Shown: positions 30,368-38,882 of the stretch, piece by piece | How positions within the stretch are numbered: position 1 is the first letter of the stretch | Layout of the letters: each line of letters opens with the position of its first letter | IMG/VR virus record: IMGVR_UViG_2663763407_000006 | Span: 1 to 64,000 of that record | Reading direction: 5' to 3' (one strand) | Origin: a virus | Lineage: Duplodnaviria > Caudoviricetes | DNA length: 64,000 bases | The notes under the pieces: generated by a model | Told to the model about the DNA's origin: nothing | Databases searched by the model: none | The model's input: only the letters and a program-made list of their open reading frames with translations | Position numbers and translations under genes: made by a program

Positions 30368-31399
30368 ATGGCAGTACGGAAGTTACCCAACGGGAAGTGG
30401 GTCTGTGATTTTTACTCAGATGGCCGTGATAGTAAGCGGGTTAGGAAAACCTTTGTTACTCGCGGTGAGGCGTTGCGCTTTGAACGTGAACAATTAGCGC
30501 AACGTGGTGATCTGGATATTGACTACACACCGGCAGAGACTGCCGCACAGAGGTTAAAAACATTGGTCGGTCAGTGGTATGAACTCCACGGGCGCTCTTT
30601 GAGTGACGGCAAAGCAAGATTAGATAAACTCAATATCCTGTGTGATAACTTGGGCGATCCTGCTGTTGCTGATTTTGACCGGGAAGTGTTCGCCAAGTAC
30701 CGCAAGCAGCGTTTAGCCGGTGAGTTTAGTCGTAAGCCAAAACACGGAATCGTTAAACCGCCAAAAGAGGCAACGGTCAACCGTGAACATGCCTACCTAC
30801 GAGCTGTCTTTAATGAGTTGAAAAGGCTAGGACATTGGAATCATGCTAATCCGTTGGATGGTGTTAGGTTATTTCGTGAAAGCGAAAACGAATTAACTTT
30901 TCTTTATGAAGACGATATTAAACGTCTGCTGCATGAGTGTGACAGTTCCAGCAACAAAGATCTCGGTATCATCGTTCGTATCTGTCTGGCTACCGGCGCG
31001 CGCTGGAGTGAAGCGGAGCAACTAAGACAAGCTCAGGTGATGCCAAATAAAATTACTTATATCAACACCAAGAGTAAAAAGAACCGAACAGTCCCTATTT
31101 CTGCGGAACTGCATAAACTGATTCCAAAAATGAAAGGGCGCTTATTCGTCAATGCCTATGATGCATTCGGCCAAGCCATTGACAGGGCTAAATTGGAGTT
31201 ACCTACCGGCCAGTTAACCCACGTTCTACGCCATACTTTCGCCAGTCATTTTATGATGAACGGGGGTAATATATTAGTGCTACAACAAATCCTCGGGCAC
31301 TCCACTATCCAGATGACCATGCGCTATAGCCACTTTGCACCGGATCATTTAGAAGCTGCAGTGAGTTTGAATCCATATGATCGCATTTCGAGAAATTAA
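30368..31399 (+). CDS. int: Tyrosine integrase (186/HP1 type)
   Basis: TGARWSE, HVLRHTFASHF, LGH, Y in MRYSH. Confidence 0.96.
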   Translation: MAVRKLPNGKWVCDFYSDGRDSKRVRKTFVTRGEALRFEREQLAQRGDLDIDYTPAETAAQRLKTLVGQWYELHGRSLSDGKARLDKLNILCDNLGDPAVADFDREVFAKYRKQRLAGEFSRKPKHGIVKPPKEATVNREHAYLRAVFNELKRLGHWNHANPLDGVRLFRESENELTFLYEDDIKRLLHECDSSSNKDLGIIVRICLATGARWSEAEQLRQAQVMPNKITYINTKSKKNRTVPISAELHKLIPKMKGRLFVNAYDAFGQAIDRAKLELPTGQLTHVLRHTFASHFMMNGGNILVLQQILGHSTIQMTMRYSHFAPDHLEAAVSLNPYDRISRN

Positions 31400-31421
31400 T
31401 AACATGAGAATATAACGATGA

Positions 31422-31736
31422 ATGAAATGGTTGGAAATTTTTGTAATAACTGCGTCGAATGAACGAATTATGACGTTGTTGGAATATCTAGTTCTCGGGG
31501 TAATGCTGGCTGTGTTCTGTAGCAAGGTACGAGAAATCTGCCGGTTGCCAGAATATGCAGCCAGAATGAAGCCTGTTATTCCTGATTATGAATGGATCAC
31601 ATACGGGGAGCGGGTCAGTAATGAGGCATTACCATTAGCAGTTGGTTTGACCAATGGGGAGCAGATCAAAGTGACTCTGAGATATTTATCAATCCAATGG
31701 CGATTTAGCATTCGGGCGATAACACTGAAAAGTTAG
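31422..31736 (+). CDS. Possible hypothetical protein or gene remnant
   Basis: Open frame only, no motif. Confidence 0.3.
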   Translation: MKWLEIFVITASNERIMTLLEYLVLGVMLAVFCSKVREICRLPEYAARMKPVIPDYEWITYGERVSNEALPLAVGLTNGEQIKVTLRYLSIQWRFSIRAITLKS

Positions 31737-31826
31737 ACGCTGACAGAAACTTTTTAATTCATAAATACGCTCTCAGTCATTAAAGCTTGTGTAAAATAGT
31801 TAAAAAATAAGCAACGGAATCTAGTA

Positions 31827-32966
31827 ATGGCTAATAATAAAAGAGACGATTTCAGCGCCAAAACGATTAGAACTCTACAGGAGAGAGCCGGATGTCGATG
31901 CTCTATGCCTGGCTGTGGAGCAGTGACAATTGGCCCCAGTGAGGAGTCCTCAGAAAAATCTATTAATCTCGGCGTAGCAGCCCACATCTGTGCGGCAGCC
32001 CCTAAGGGGAAACGCTACGACCCAAATATGACTACTGAAGAACGGAGGCATATAGAAAACGGCATTTGGTTATGTGTATTGCATAGCGTTTTAATCGATC
32101 GAGATGTCATCAGTTACCCAGTAGAAGTGTTGCACGCCATGAAAATAGCTCATGAGGAAGCGATTAAGCTCGAAAATAGGTCAGGGCAAGGATTTCTTCA
32201 ACTTTCTGATTTTATTGCAATAGGTCCAGATATTGTAGGGCTTGGTGAACTACTGGGAAGTACCGGTAACAGTTGGTCCATTAGAATTGATCACTTCGTT
32301 ACTGGCGATATATTAAAGCTCATTAGTTTCATTGAGAGTTATGAAGAGCAGGAATTTTTGGATCGATACCTCATTATTAATGCACTCGGTGATGGTCGCC
32401 AGCTTGCCGCCGCACCTTCATGGCGTAAAGATGGAAAATCCATTGAGCTAAAATGCATAGTAAAGAACCGATTTCCACGTAAAAATGTAAACAATTTAGG
32501 CTCTACGCTTGCTACGAACGCCTCGAATGACATCTACTTCATTAATGGGAACTTAGCAGTCGTGAGTGGGATTAAAGCCTTACCTCAAAAAATTAGAACG
32601 ACTCTTTCCTTGATTCAGGGGGAGTCTCCATTTTTCCCTAAGGCTGGAACTCGTCTCAAAGAGTATTTTGACGAATTTGAGGATTCACCATGGCTTTTAC
32701 GCTGGATTAAACTTGAAGTCATAAGACAATCATGCATACCCCTCTACGATAAAATTAATAATACAGAGTCGACTCCACTTGAGTGCGTTACTAAAGTTAT
32801 CGACGTTGTGCCAATATCTAATACTAAAAAAGGTAACTGGTGTGAGATTAAGTTTAAGCTGGAAGTTGAAGGGATAGGGATTTGGGAAGAAATCCTTTCA
32901 ATTTGCGTACCGAAGGGGGATATACCTCCTAAACCTAAAGGTTGGGAGCTATTGGCGATTAAGTAA
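31827..32966 (+). CDS. HNH nuclease with C-terminal gpW/gp25-like domain
   Basis: CSMPGC...AAHI...ENGIWLCVLH; C-terminal segment aligns without gaps to this phage's gpW. Confidence 0.8.
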   Translation: MANNKRDDFSAKTIRTLQERAGCRCSMPGCGAVTIGPSEESSEKSINLGVAAHICAAAPKGKRYDPNMTTEERRHIENGIWLCVLHSVLIDRDVISYPVEVLHAMKIAHEEAIKLENRSGQGFLQLSDFIAIGPDIVGLGELLGSTGNSWSIRIDHFVTGDILKLISFIESYEEQEFLDRYLIINALGDGRQLAAAPSWRKDGKSIELKCIVKNRFPRKNVNNLGSTLATNASNDIYFINGNLAVVSGIKALPQKIRTTLSLIQGESPFFPKAGTRLKEYFDEFEDSPWLLRWIKLEVIRQSCIPLYDKINNTESTPLECVTKVIDVVPISNTKKGNWCEIKFKLEVEGIGIWEEILSICVPKGDIPPKPKGWELLAIK

Positions 32967-33062
32967 TGCAACTTAATCTCTCTACTCGGATTAATGTGAC
33001 TACCACCCCCACAACAACCCAAACTAACCCGCCATCGTGTTTGGTAACTTACTGATTTTACG

Positions 33063-33075
33063 TAAGTGATTGATT
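33063..33075 (-). promoter_or_regulatory. IHF site in the att arm
   Basis: AATCAATCACTTA matches WATCAANNNNTTR, next to the att core. Confidence 0.6.
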
Positions 33076-33095
33076 TCCATAATGCCGTGAGAGTT

Positions 33096-33149
33096 TTTAA
33101 AATCCCTCGGCTTATGGCTGTGCGGGTTCAAGTCCCGCCCCGGGCACCA
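33096..33149 (+). repeat. att core: 3' half of tRNA-Leu(UAA) (leuZ-like), not an intact tRNA
   Basis: Begins at the anticodon loop TTTAAAA, then variable arm, GGTTCAAGTCC and CCA; D-arm and 5' acceptor strand are absent. Confidence 0.9.
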
Positions 33150-33193
33150 TGGAAACAAATCTAAGTAAAACAAAGTAGTATGAGTATGTCGTT

Positions 33194-33216
33194 AACCGCC
33201 GAGAGGCGGTTTTTTT
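33194..33216 (+). terminator. Intrinsic terminator after the tRNA 3' end
   Basis: aaccgcc-gaga-ggcggtt-ttttt. Confidence 0.85.
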
Positions 33217-33231
33217 GTGCCTGAAATCTCA

Positions 33232-33265
33232 TTCCTAAGATGTTCCTAACATCATTTCCTAACAT
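33232..33265. repeat. Three TTCCTAA(C/G)AT direct repeats, probable integrase arm sites
   Basis: Copies at 33232, 33243 and 33256, just past the int stop. Confidence 0.55.
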
Positions 33266-33289
33266 GATTTCGGTTATCTGAATAAAAAT

Positions 33290-34306
33290 TCACTTTTTCT
33301 GACCGCCTACCACTGGCACAATTTCTGTTTTCCTATCATATCTTGCTGTTTGGGCTGTATTCTTGTGCCCTGAAATGGCTTGCTTCTCTGCGAGGGTTCC
33401 CTCTAAGTCTGATATTCCCTTGGCTTTTAAATCATGAAACGTGAAATCAAAGTCCAATTCGGAAAATGTTTTTGCGGCCAATAATTTTGCGTTGCGCCAC
33501 CGACTATTGAAACCATCTCTTGTGTAGCCATGCCCAGACCGCTGATGTAGTACATAAATACTGCTCACACCTGGAGCGATTTCTATTCCATCTGCAATTT
33601 TGATGGCCTGCTGTAATCTTTCCGTCCATGCCTTGATCTGTTTCTTTCCTGTTTTCCCTTGCTGTATAAATACCCCGGCATCTATTAGCTGTGACTTTTT
33701 TAAGGCGAGGATGTCTGCTTGCCGAGCGCAACAAAGATAGGCGAGTTCCATTGCCGCTTTTACAATCGGCGGAGCTACGTTGTAGAGAGCGCTATATTCA
33801 GCGTCAGTAATGTATCGTTCCCTGCTAACCTCTTTAAATTGCTTAACACCCTTGCATGGGTTGCCTTTTACCATTCCCCTCTCATAACCCCAACGATAAA
33901 CCCGCGATAGGAAAGTTTTCTCACGGTTTGCCTGTGTTCTACTGGCAACCCCGCGTCTATCCATATATTTCCTGATATGTTCAGGTTTTATGTTGTCTGG
34001 TTCCATTTTCCCGAAAACTGGTAATACTCTAAGTGAATATTTGCGGTAGTCTTTCTGCGTCTCAACAGCTAACTCATTAAAATCAACAGAGCGGAAAAAC
34101 TGTTCAATGAGTTTATTCAAGTTGGCTTTTTCTAATGGCTCATTATTTATTTTTTCGTAGCATGACCATACTTGAGAAATAGGTGCATCCAATGGGCATA
34201 GCGATATTGAGCCACCGCGGGCGGGGTGGAATTCATATTTCGATTTTCCACGATACACCCGAGGTGGTAATGCCGTGTCTGCGGCGTTCTTGCGTTTACC
34301 GGCCAC
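33290..34306 (-). CDS. int: Tyrosine integrase
   Basis: LCCARQAD, FHDLKAK, SGHK, ARYDR. Confidence 0.93.
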   Translation of the reverse strand: MAGKRKNAADTALPPRVYRGKSKYEFHPARGGSISLCPLDAPISQVWSCYEKINNEPLEKANLNKLIEQFFRSVDFNELAVETQKDYRKYSLRVLPVFGKMEPDNIKPEHIRKYMDRRGVASRTQANREKTFLSRVYRWGYERGMVKGNPCKGVKQFKEVSRERYITDAEYSALYNVAPPIVKAAMELAYLCCARQADILALKKSQLIDAGVFIQQGKTGKKQIKAWTERLQQAIKIADGIEIAPGVSSIYVLHQRSGHGYTRDGFNSRWRNAKLLAAKTFSELDFDFTFHDLKAKGISDLEGTLAEKQAISGHKNTAQTARYDRKTEIVPVVGGQKK

Positions 34307-34532
34307 TGTTCATGGCCTCGAAATTGGGTTCTTCTTTTTCTGGCTCTAGCGGCTTACCGCGTAAACTGATTGGATTCAAAAAATGGCCCCAAGTGGTTTT
34401 CGGGTGTCCGTCTGGGCGTCGGATAAAAAAGATCCCCGAGCGGCGTAAAGAGTCACATTGTTTGGTTTTGTAGTGATGACCGGTCAACTCAATCATCTCC
34501 TCTTTGGTGATTATGTCGTGGTCGTTTTTCAT
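34296..34532 (-). CDS. DUF4224-like probable excisionase
   Basis: IITKEEMIELTG...QC..L...GIFF..R.DG.P...EPNF; overlaps int. Confidence 0.78.
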   Translation of the reverse strand: MKNDHDIITKEEMIELTGHHYKTKQCDSLRRSGIFFIRRPDGHPKTTWGHFLNPISLRGKPLEPEKEEPNFEAMNSGR

Positions 34533-34695
34533 GGTCTTGCCCCTGTATCATTTGGGTTATTGCTCTGTCGGTAGCAGAACAGGCCCGCTGTATATCGTGG
34601 TCGGTGAGTTGTTGTTTCCGTACACTGGCTGATAATTTGCCGATCTTAATATCTAAGTCGGTTAATAGGCGTTTGCCCGGTTGCCATGGCTGCAT
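34489..34695 (-). CDS. Hypothetical phage protein
   Basis: ORF in the leftward early operon with AGGGA SD. Confidence 0.6.
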   Translation of the reverse strand: MQPWQPGKRLLTDLDIKIGKLSASVRKQQLTDHDIQRACSATDRAITQMIQGQDHEKRPRHNHQRGDD

Positions 34696-34744
34696 GGTGG
34701 TTTCCCTGGTGTTGGATTTCCACCATGCTAGCGGGGCAGGTTGA

Positions 34745-34927
34745 TTATTTCTGATTATGCAAAATCAATTTTTCGGGTGCTTTCTGCGGTGGGGTGCTGC
34801 TAATTCGAACATCTACCGGAAAATCGTAGTGAACATCACAACGGCGATCAGTGTGGATGGTGCCTGTTCGTCCATCGGGGAGTGTGATATAGGACTTTTC
34901 ACCGCGTTTGTGAGTACGCTTTAGCAT
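34745..34927 (-). CDS. Small protein, possibly CsrA-like fold
   Basis: GAGG SD; ML..T.K.GE...I...P.DV.I pattern. Confidence 0.55.
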   Translation of the reverse strand: MLKRTHKRGEKSYITLPDGRTGTIHTDRRCDVHYDFPVDVRISSTPPQKAPEKLILHNQK

Positions 34928-34972
34928 GGGTGTTGCCTCAGTAATGCCCCGTTGGTTTGGGGCGGGATGAAA

Positions 34973-35473
34973 TTAGCGAACCTGCAGGCTACGGCTACCG
35001 ATCTCGATATGCGCACCTTTAACATCAACACCATTCTCTATGGCTTCCTTAATGGCTTTTTTATCGGGCGCTACGGTGGTTTGCACTGTCACCAATTCAC
35101 TGGACAATAAGTCTTCATTGTCGATCACCACACTGGCCACACCTTTGCGTGCGGTGAATGTGTTATACGGCGTTTTAAGTGTGTTCATATCTGCGGCCAA
35201 TAAGCAGTTAAGGACGTACTGTTTGATCGATTTGGCCCGATTCTCGAATGACCTTTTCCGCTCAGCCAGACGTTTAGCTTCCTCATCACAGGTCTTTGCT
35301 TGCCCCTCAAGATTGCGAACAAAGACGTAGGTTGCATCCAGCTTATCCCCCAGGGCACCCTCTAACCCCTCAAGCGTATCGGCGATCATTTCTGGCGTGA
35401 GTTCCTCTGAGGACTCAACCAACTGTTGCAGTTTGAAAAGGTCTGCGGCTAATGCGATTGCTGTATTGCTCAT
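34973..35473 (-). CDS. Siphovirus Gp157-family protein
   Basis: DTLEGLEG...EAKRLAERK...PDKKAIKEAI..G..V.GAHIE. Confidence 0.85.
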   Translation of the reverse strand: MSNTAIALAADLFKLQQLVESSEELTPEMIADTLEGLEGALGDKLDATYVFVRNLEGQAKTCDEEAKRLAERKRSFENRAKSIKQYVLNCLLAADMNTLKTPYNTFTARKGVASVVIDNEDLLSSELVTVQTTVAPDKKAIKEAIENGVDVKGAHIEIGSRSLQVR

Positions 35474-37668
35474 AATGTCGGCTCCTGTGCGGTAAGTTCA
35501 GCAACCCGTTTTTCAGTTAAGCGGTGTAACGCCAGCAGGCGGGTTTTGAGGTAATTGGCGTGTTCGTGATCGGCTTTGGCTTCTGCATCTTTGCGGTGTA
35601 CATCAACTTCACGCGCAATGGTGCTGTAAACCTTGTTCACTTCGTTGGTGGTGACGGCGCTCGTAATGGTATTGCCTACTTTGGTTAACTTCTCATCCAG
35701 CTCTTTGCGCAGACGAACTGAGTCACCGGCTTTCTCACTTGCGTTCTTGATAGCAAACTCAGCGGCGTTATCAGTGCGGTATCCGAGATCATCAAAAAGA
35801 CCGAGGAATACATCAGCAGAGAAACCAAGTTGTGACAGTGCCTTTTTAGTCGCATCCGTTAGTGATTTTTTGGTGACTTCACTATCACAGGTGAGACCGT
35901 TTTTGGTGTTGTAGATATATGGGGTGCAACCATATGCAGGGATTTCGCCACGCTCACCACGCAGGGTGTAGATTAAGCGTATTTTAATGACATGATTGAT
36001 CTCAGTTAGATAGCCGCCAGATCCGTTGGGTATGACTTCTTTTATATAATTTCCATCAGCACCTTTGACTGACCGCATGATCGGTGCACCGTTATCAAAG
36101 CGTTCTTCTAAAATCTCCACCCGCCAGTTGATACCTTGTGGCCCAAGCAATTTTGTTGCTTGCATAACCATATAGGTGCCGTTAATCGACGTGCCACCAC
36201 CGTTATTTGAGAATGCTTTAGTAAAGCGTTCATCGGTTCTTTGCACCGAGCGCCACAGATTCATGTTGTCCTGCACATCTTGTGGCTGTGAAGATATATC
36301 CTCTTCAATGATGACGGCTCGCTGCTGAAATTCATCAGCAGTAACATCTACAGTAGGAATAGCGCTTTGCTGCGCCTCTTCAATAACCTCTGTCGGCTTC
36401 TCCTCAACTGAGGCATAAACGCTGTAACCCAACTGATCCAACGTCTCTTTAGCCTGTTGAGCTGCGTTATCAGTGATAGGTTCCAGTTCAGGGTTTTCCT
36501 GTTCTGTTTCAACAATTGGCGGTTTTGTTTCAGTTTCTGGCTCAGAATTGGCAACCAGCGCCAGTTTTGTTTCATTGTTTGCCGCTGGTTGCGGTTCACC
36601 ACCGGCTAGACCATCAATAGAGAACTTGCCATCACCCAGATTGGTTACTGCGGGTTGTGGGTTTTTAACGGCTAAACACTGAGTGATAAATTCCTTTCGT
36701 GCTGAGGCATCGGTCAGGAAGATAGGTTGCTTTTTACCCGCGCGGATCACTTCAAAGATGCTTTCACGTGGAATAGATAACACATTGTTGCGAACGCGAA
36801 AATCGGTTGACCATTTACGCCAGGCATCATCATTGTTATCCATCAGCTCTTTTGCTTGCTTCATCTCTGCCGACATGACATCCCAGCAGTTAAAATCAGC
36901 AGGCAATAAGGCGAGAGCGACTTCGAGATCGAGCGTTTTATATGTGTGCTCAAAGCTGCGTTTGATTGGCGCATCAGGAGCCGGCGTGTCAATACGGGCA
37001 ACTTTTTTAGTACCGGTTAACTCGTCACGATTGCTGGGTTCATTAACCCATTTTTCAGCAAAGCTACGTACTTCCCTGAATCCAGGTATTTTGGGGAATT
37101 TCTTATTTATCGCATCAATAAGATTTTTAATTGACTGCGGATACATCGCGCCAATTGCAGGAATACATGTGAGCGCCATGTATATCGAACTTATTTCCGG
37201 CTCAGCGTCGTCATCATTAATTAAGTCATACACAAGTGATAGCTCATGTGAATCAATGTCACGCGCACCGTACAACATTACGCTACCAACTTTAGCTCCA
37301 ATACCCAGTTTGTTGAAATCAACCGGAGTAGTAGTAGTAATGTCCTCACTTACCTCGCCGTTGTCTTCATTACCATCCTCAGGCAACGGTACAGCATTAG
37401 GCGTCCATACTTTGCCATCAAAGGTATTATCCTGTGCGAACTGCTCATCGAACTCACCAACAACCGGGCGCGGTTGCCCGACAGTATCCTCACAGATTTT
37501 CGGATCAGCAAAGTTATCACCGGCAGCGGGGTAGGCTTCCCATAATTTCCCGATGGCCAGTGCGGATGCCATTTTCTTATTTATGGCTTCCAGAGCTATA
37601 ACAAGCGGTATAGCCCCATTTTTGAGAGCCGCTTTTTTCGGCTCGAATAAACAAATAAATACAGTCAT
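35470..37668 (-). CDS. RecE N-terminal-like region fused to a Rad52/Sak-like annealing domain
   Basis: N-terminal PRPVVGEFDEQF and TLDLEVALAL; C-terminal ATKLLGPQGINW...KKSLTDATKKALSQLGFSADVF. Confidence 0.7.
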   Translation of the reverse strand: MTVFICLFEPKKAALKNGAIPLVIALEAINKKMASALAIGKLWEAYPAAGDNFADPKICEDTVGQPRPVVGEFDEQFAQDNTFDGKVWTPNAVPLPEDGNEDNGEVSEDITTTTPVDFNKLGIGAKVGSVMLYGARDIDSHELSLVYDLINDDDAEPEISSIYMALTCIPAIGAMYPQSIKNLIDAINKKFPKIPGFREVRSFAEKWVNEPSNRDELTGTKKVARIDTPAPDAPIKRSFEHTYKTLDLEVALALLPADFNCWDVMSAEMKQAKELMDNNDDAWRKWSTDFRVRNNVLSIPRESIFEVIRAGKKQPIFLTDASARKEFITQCLAVKNPQPAVTNLGDGKFSIDGLAGGEPQPAANNETKLALVANSEPETETKPPIVETEQENPELEPITDNAAQQAKETLDQLGYSVYASVEEKPTEVIEEAQQSAIPTVDVTADEFQQRAVIIEEDISSQPQDVQDNMNLWRSVQRTDERFTKAFSNNGGGTSINGTYMVMQATKLLGPQGINWRVEILEERFDNGAPIMRSVKGADGNYIKEVIPNGSGGYLTEINHVIKIRLIYTLRGERGEIPAYGCTPYIYNTKNGLTCDSEVTKKSLTDATKKALSQLGFSADVFLGLFDDLGYRTDNAAEFAIKNASEKAGDSVRLRKELDEKLTKVGNTITSAVTTNEVNKVYSTIAREVDVHRKDAEAKADHEHANYLKTRLLALHRLTEKRVAELTAQEPTL

Positions 37669-37723
37669 GTTGGTCTTGCCTCTTTGGTTTTTAAACGGAT
37701 CTTGGTCTTTGATGTATGACTAA

Positions 37724-38059
37724 TTAAAAAGGAATTTCGGTATCATCAGATACGTTCGATGGAGTGCTGTGCTCGATGCATAGCAACGCCTGAATCTGAT
37801 CATCAATTAGTGACTGCTTACGATATGACTCAGCCGCAATCTGTTCCTTTTTGCTATGGAGTGAATCGACATGCTTGCTGATGATTTCAAAAGGGTCGGG
37901 TTCGTCAAAAGGAATCGTAATTTCTCGGGTTTCGAGTAAAACATGCGCTGGCTCAACCTGTGACATGTCACAGGTGTACACGGTAAAGCGATCATCTTTT
38001 GATGTTGAATATGGATTGGTATGGATGTAGAGCTTGGTGGTTATCTGTAGTGCTGTCAT
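37724..38059 (-). CDS. Hypothetical phage protein
   Basis: AGGAG SD before MTALQ; ends IQALLCIEH...EIPF. Confidence 0.7.
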   Translation of the reverse strand: MTALQITTKLYIHTNPYSTSKDDRFTVYTCDMSQVEPAHVLLETREITIPFDEPDPFEIISKHVDSLHSKKEQIAAESYRKQSLIDDQIQALLCIEHSTPSNVSDDTEIPF

Positions 38060-38068
38060 AGCAACTCC

Positions 38069-38077
38069 TGATATACT
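38069..38077 (+). promoter_or_regulatory. Extended -10 promoter of the candidate sRNA
   Basis: TG-A-TATACT. Confidence 0.6.
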
Positions 38078-38083
38078 TATTTT

Positions 38084-38201
38084 AAGATTGATGGCGTAAG
38101 CCGTTGGTCTTGCCTCTGTTAACGGGTTGGTCCCCGTTAGCTTCCCGGTTAACTTTGGTCGGTGACCCGGGGTAAAGAAGCCCACTTCGGTGGGTTTTTT
38201 T
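38084..38201 (+). ncRNA. Candidate multi-target antisense sRNA (about 120 nt)
   Basis: GNRA hairpin, single-stranded seed, two hairpins with UUGGUC loops, C(UUCG)G terminator plus U tract; seed complementary to six sites in early transcripts. Confidence 0.72.
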
Positions 38202-38369
38202 ACGTCTGTAATTTGGTGCCCATTACGCCGGGCCAGCGGGTCAGATCTTCGGTCTTGCCTCACCACACTTTCCCGTCGTGGCTACGTTATTGGTTTGGGC
38301 TGCTGCACTGTGGTAATCATGCCGAGCCTTGGCGCGGGGTTCTCCTCCAATGCAACAACCCAAATTCTG

Positions 38370-38525
38370 TTATTGCCGTACTTTGACTACTTGATAATCA
38401 CGGCCAGTATTACGTGCGTAATCATCAGCTTCTTTGCGAGTTGGGTAAGTATTTCCGTTAGCCCACATTCCACAGTAGCGATATTGGATCTGGAATTTAC
38501 TCGCTTGCTTTTTAGTTGCTTTCAT
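38370..38525 (-). CDS. 51-aa first ORF of the pL operon
   Basis: GAGGG SD; MKATKKQASKFQIQYRYCGMWANG. Confidence 0.55.
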   Translation of the reverse strand: MKATKKQASKFQIQYRYCGMWANGNTYPTRKEADDYARNTGRDYQVVKVRQ

Positions 38526-38671
38526 AACTTCCCTCTTTTGCCGTCTTCCCGGCTGCCAGAACGTACTAAACCTAAACTTGCGAATCATCCGGTGTTTCGT
38601 ATGCCACCGGCAGCTACTTCGTGGGCGTCCTGCCTGTTCGCATCGGCTACTGTGCCGTGTTGATGAAAACA

Positions 38672-38713
38672 ATTAAACACTTTGGTTGTATTTATGTCAA
38701 CAACTTTGGTTGT
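38672..38713 (-). promoter_or_regulatory. pL promoter with OL operators
   Basis: TTGACA-17-TTTAAT; operator ACAACTTTGGTTGT at 38700-38713 and a partial copy at 38676-38689. Confidence 0.8.
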
Positions 38714-38882
38714 ATTTTATGGCGAATTGGTTTTATTTGTGTTTTCTTAGCTTTAGTTTGGTTATGCTTTTTTGAATTTTTTAGAGGTTAATCAAGTAAT
38801 GAAGGCTAAATTTAGGTAGGCGTTTATGACGTAGGGATTCATGTATGCGCCCCTCCAATGAGAAGGGGCAGGAAATGGATTA

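Larger units (their letters stand above)
1..33149. mobile_element. P2/186-like prophage (left att outside window)
   Basis: Canonical P2 gene order ogr-D-U-T-E-FII-FI ... N-O / P-Q, cos, A, cII-apl-cI-int, ending at a tRNA 3' fragment. Confidence 0.97.

Noticed and set aside
33083-33149. Intact tRNA-Leu gene
   Set aside because: Only the anticodon loop to CCA is present; the upstream sequence cannot form the D-arm or acceptor stem
38084-38201. Minus-strand CsrB-like sponge presenting GACCAA loops to a protein
   Set aside because: Tetraloops, G:U pairs, promoter and U tract all favour the plus strand; disfavoured but not excluded
38060-38266. N-terminal extension of the 37724 ORF through the sRNA locus
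   Set aside because: A strong AGGAG SD supports the start at 38059 and the extension does not look protein-like; a leader-peptide role cannot be excluded
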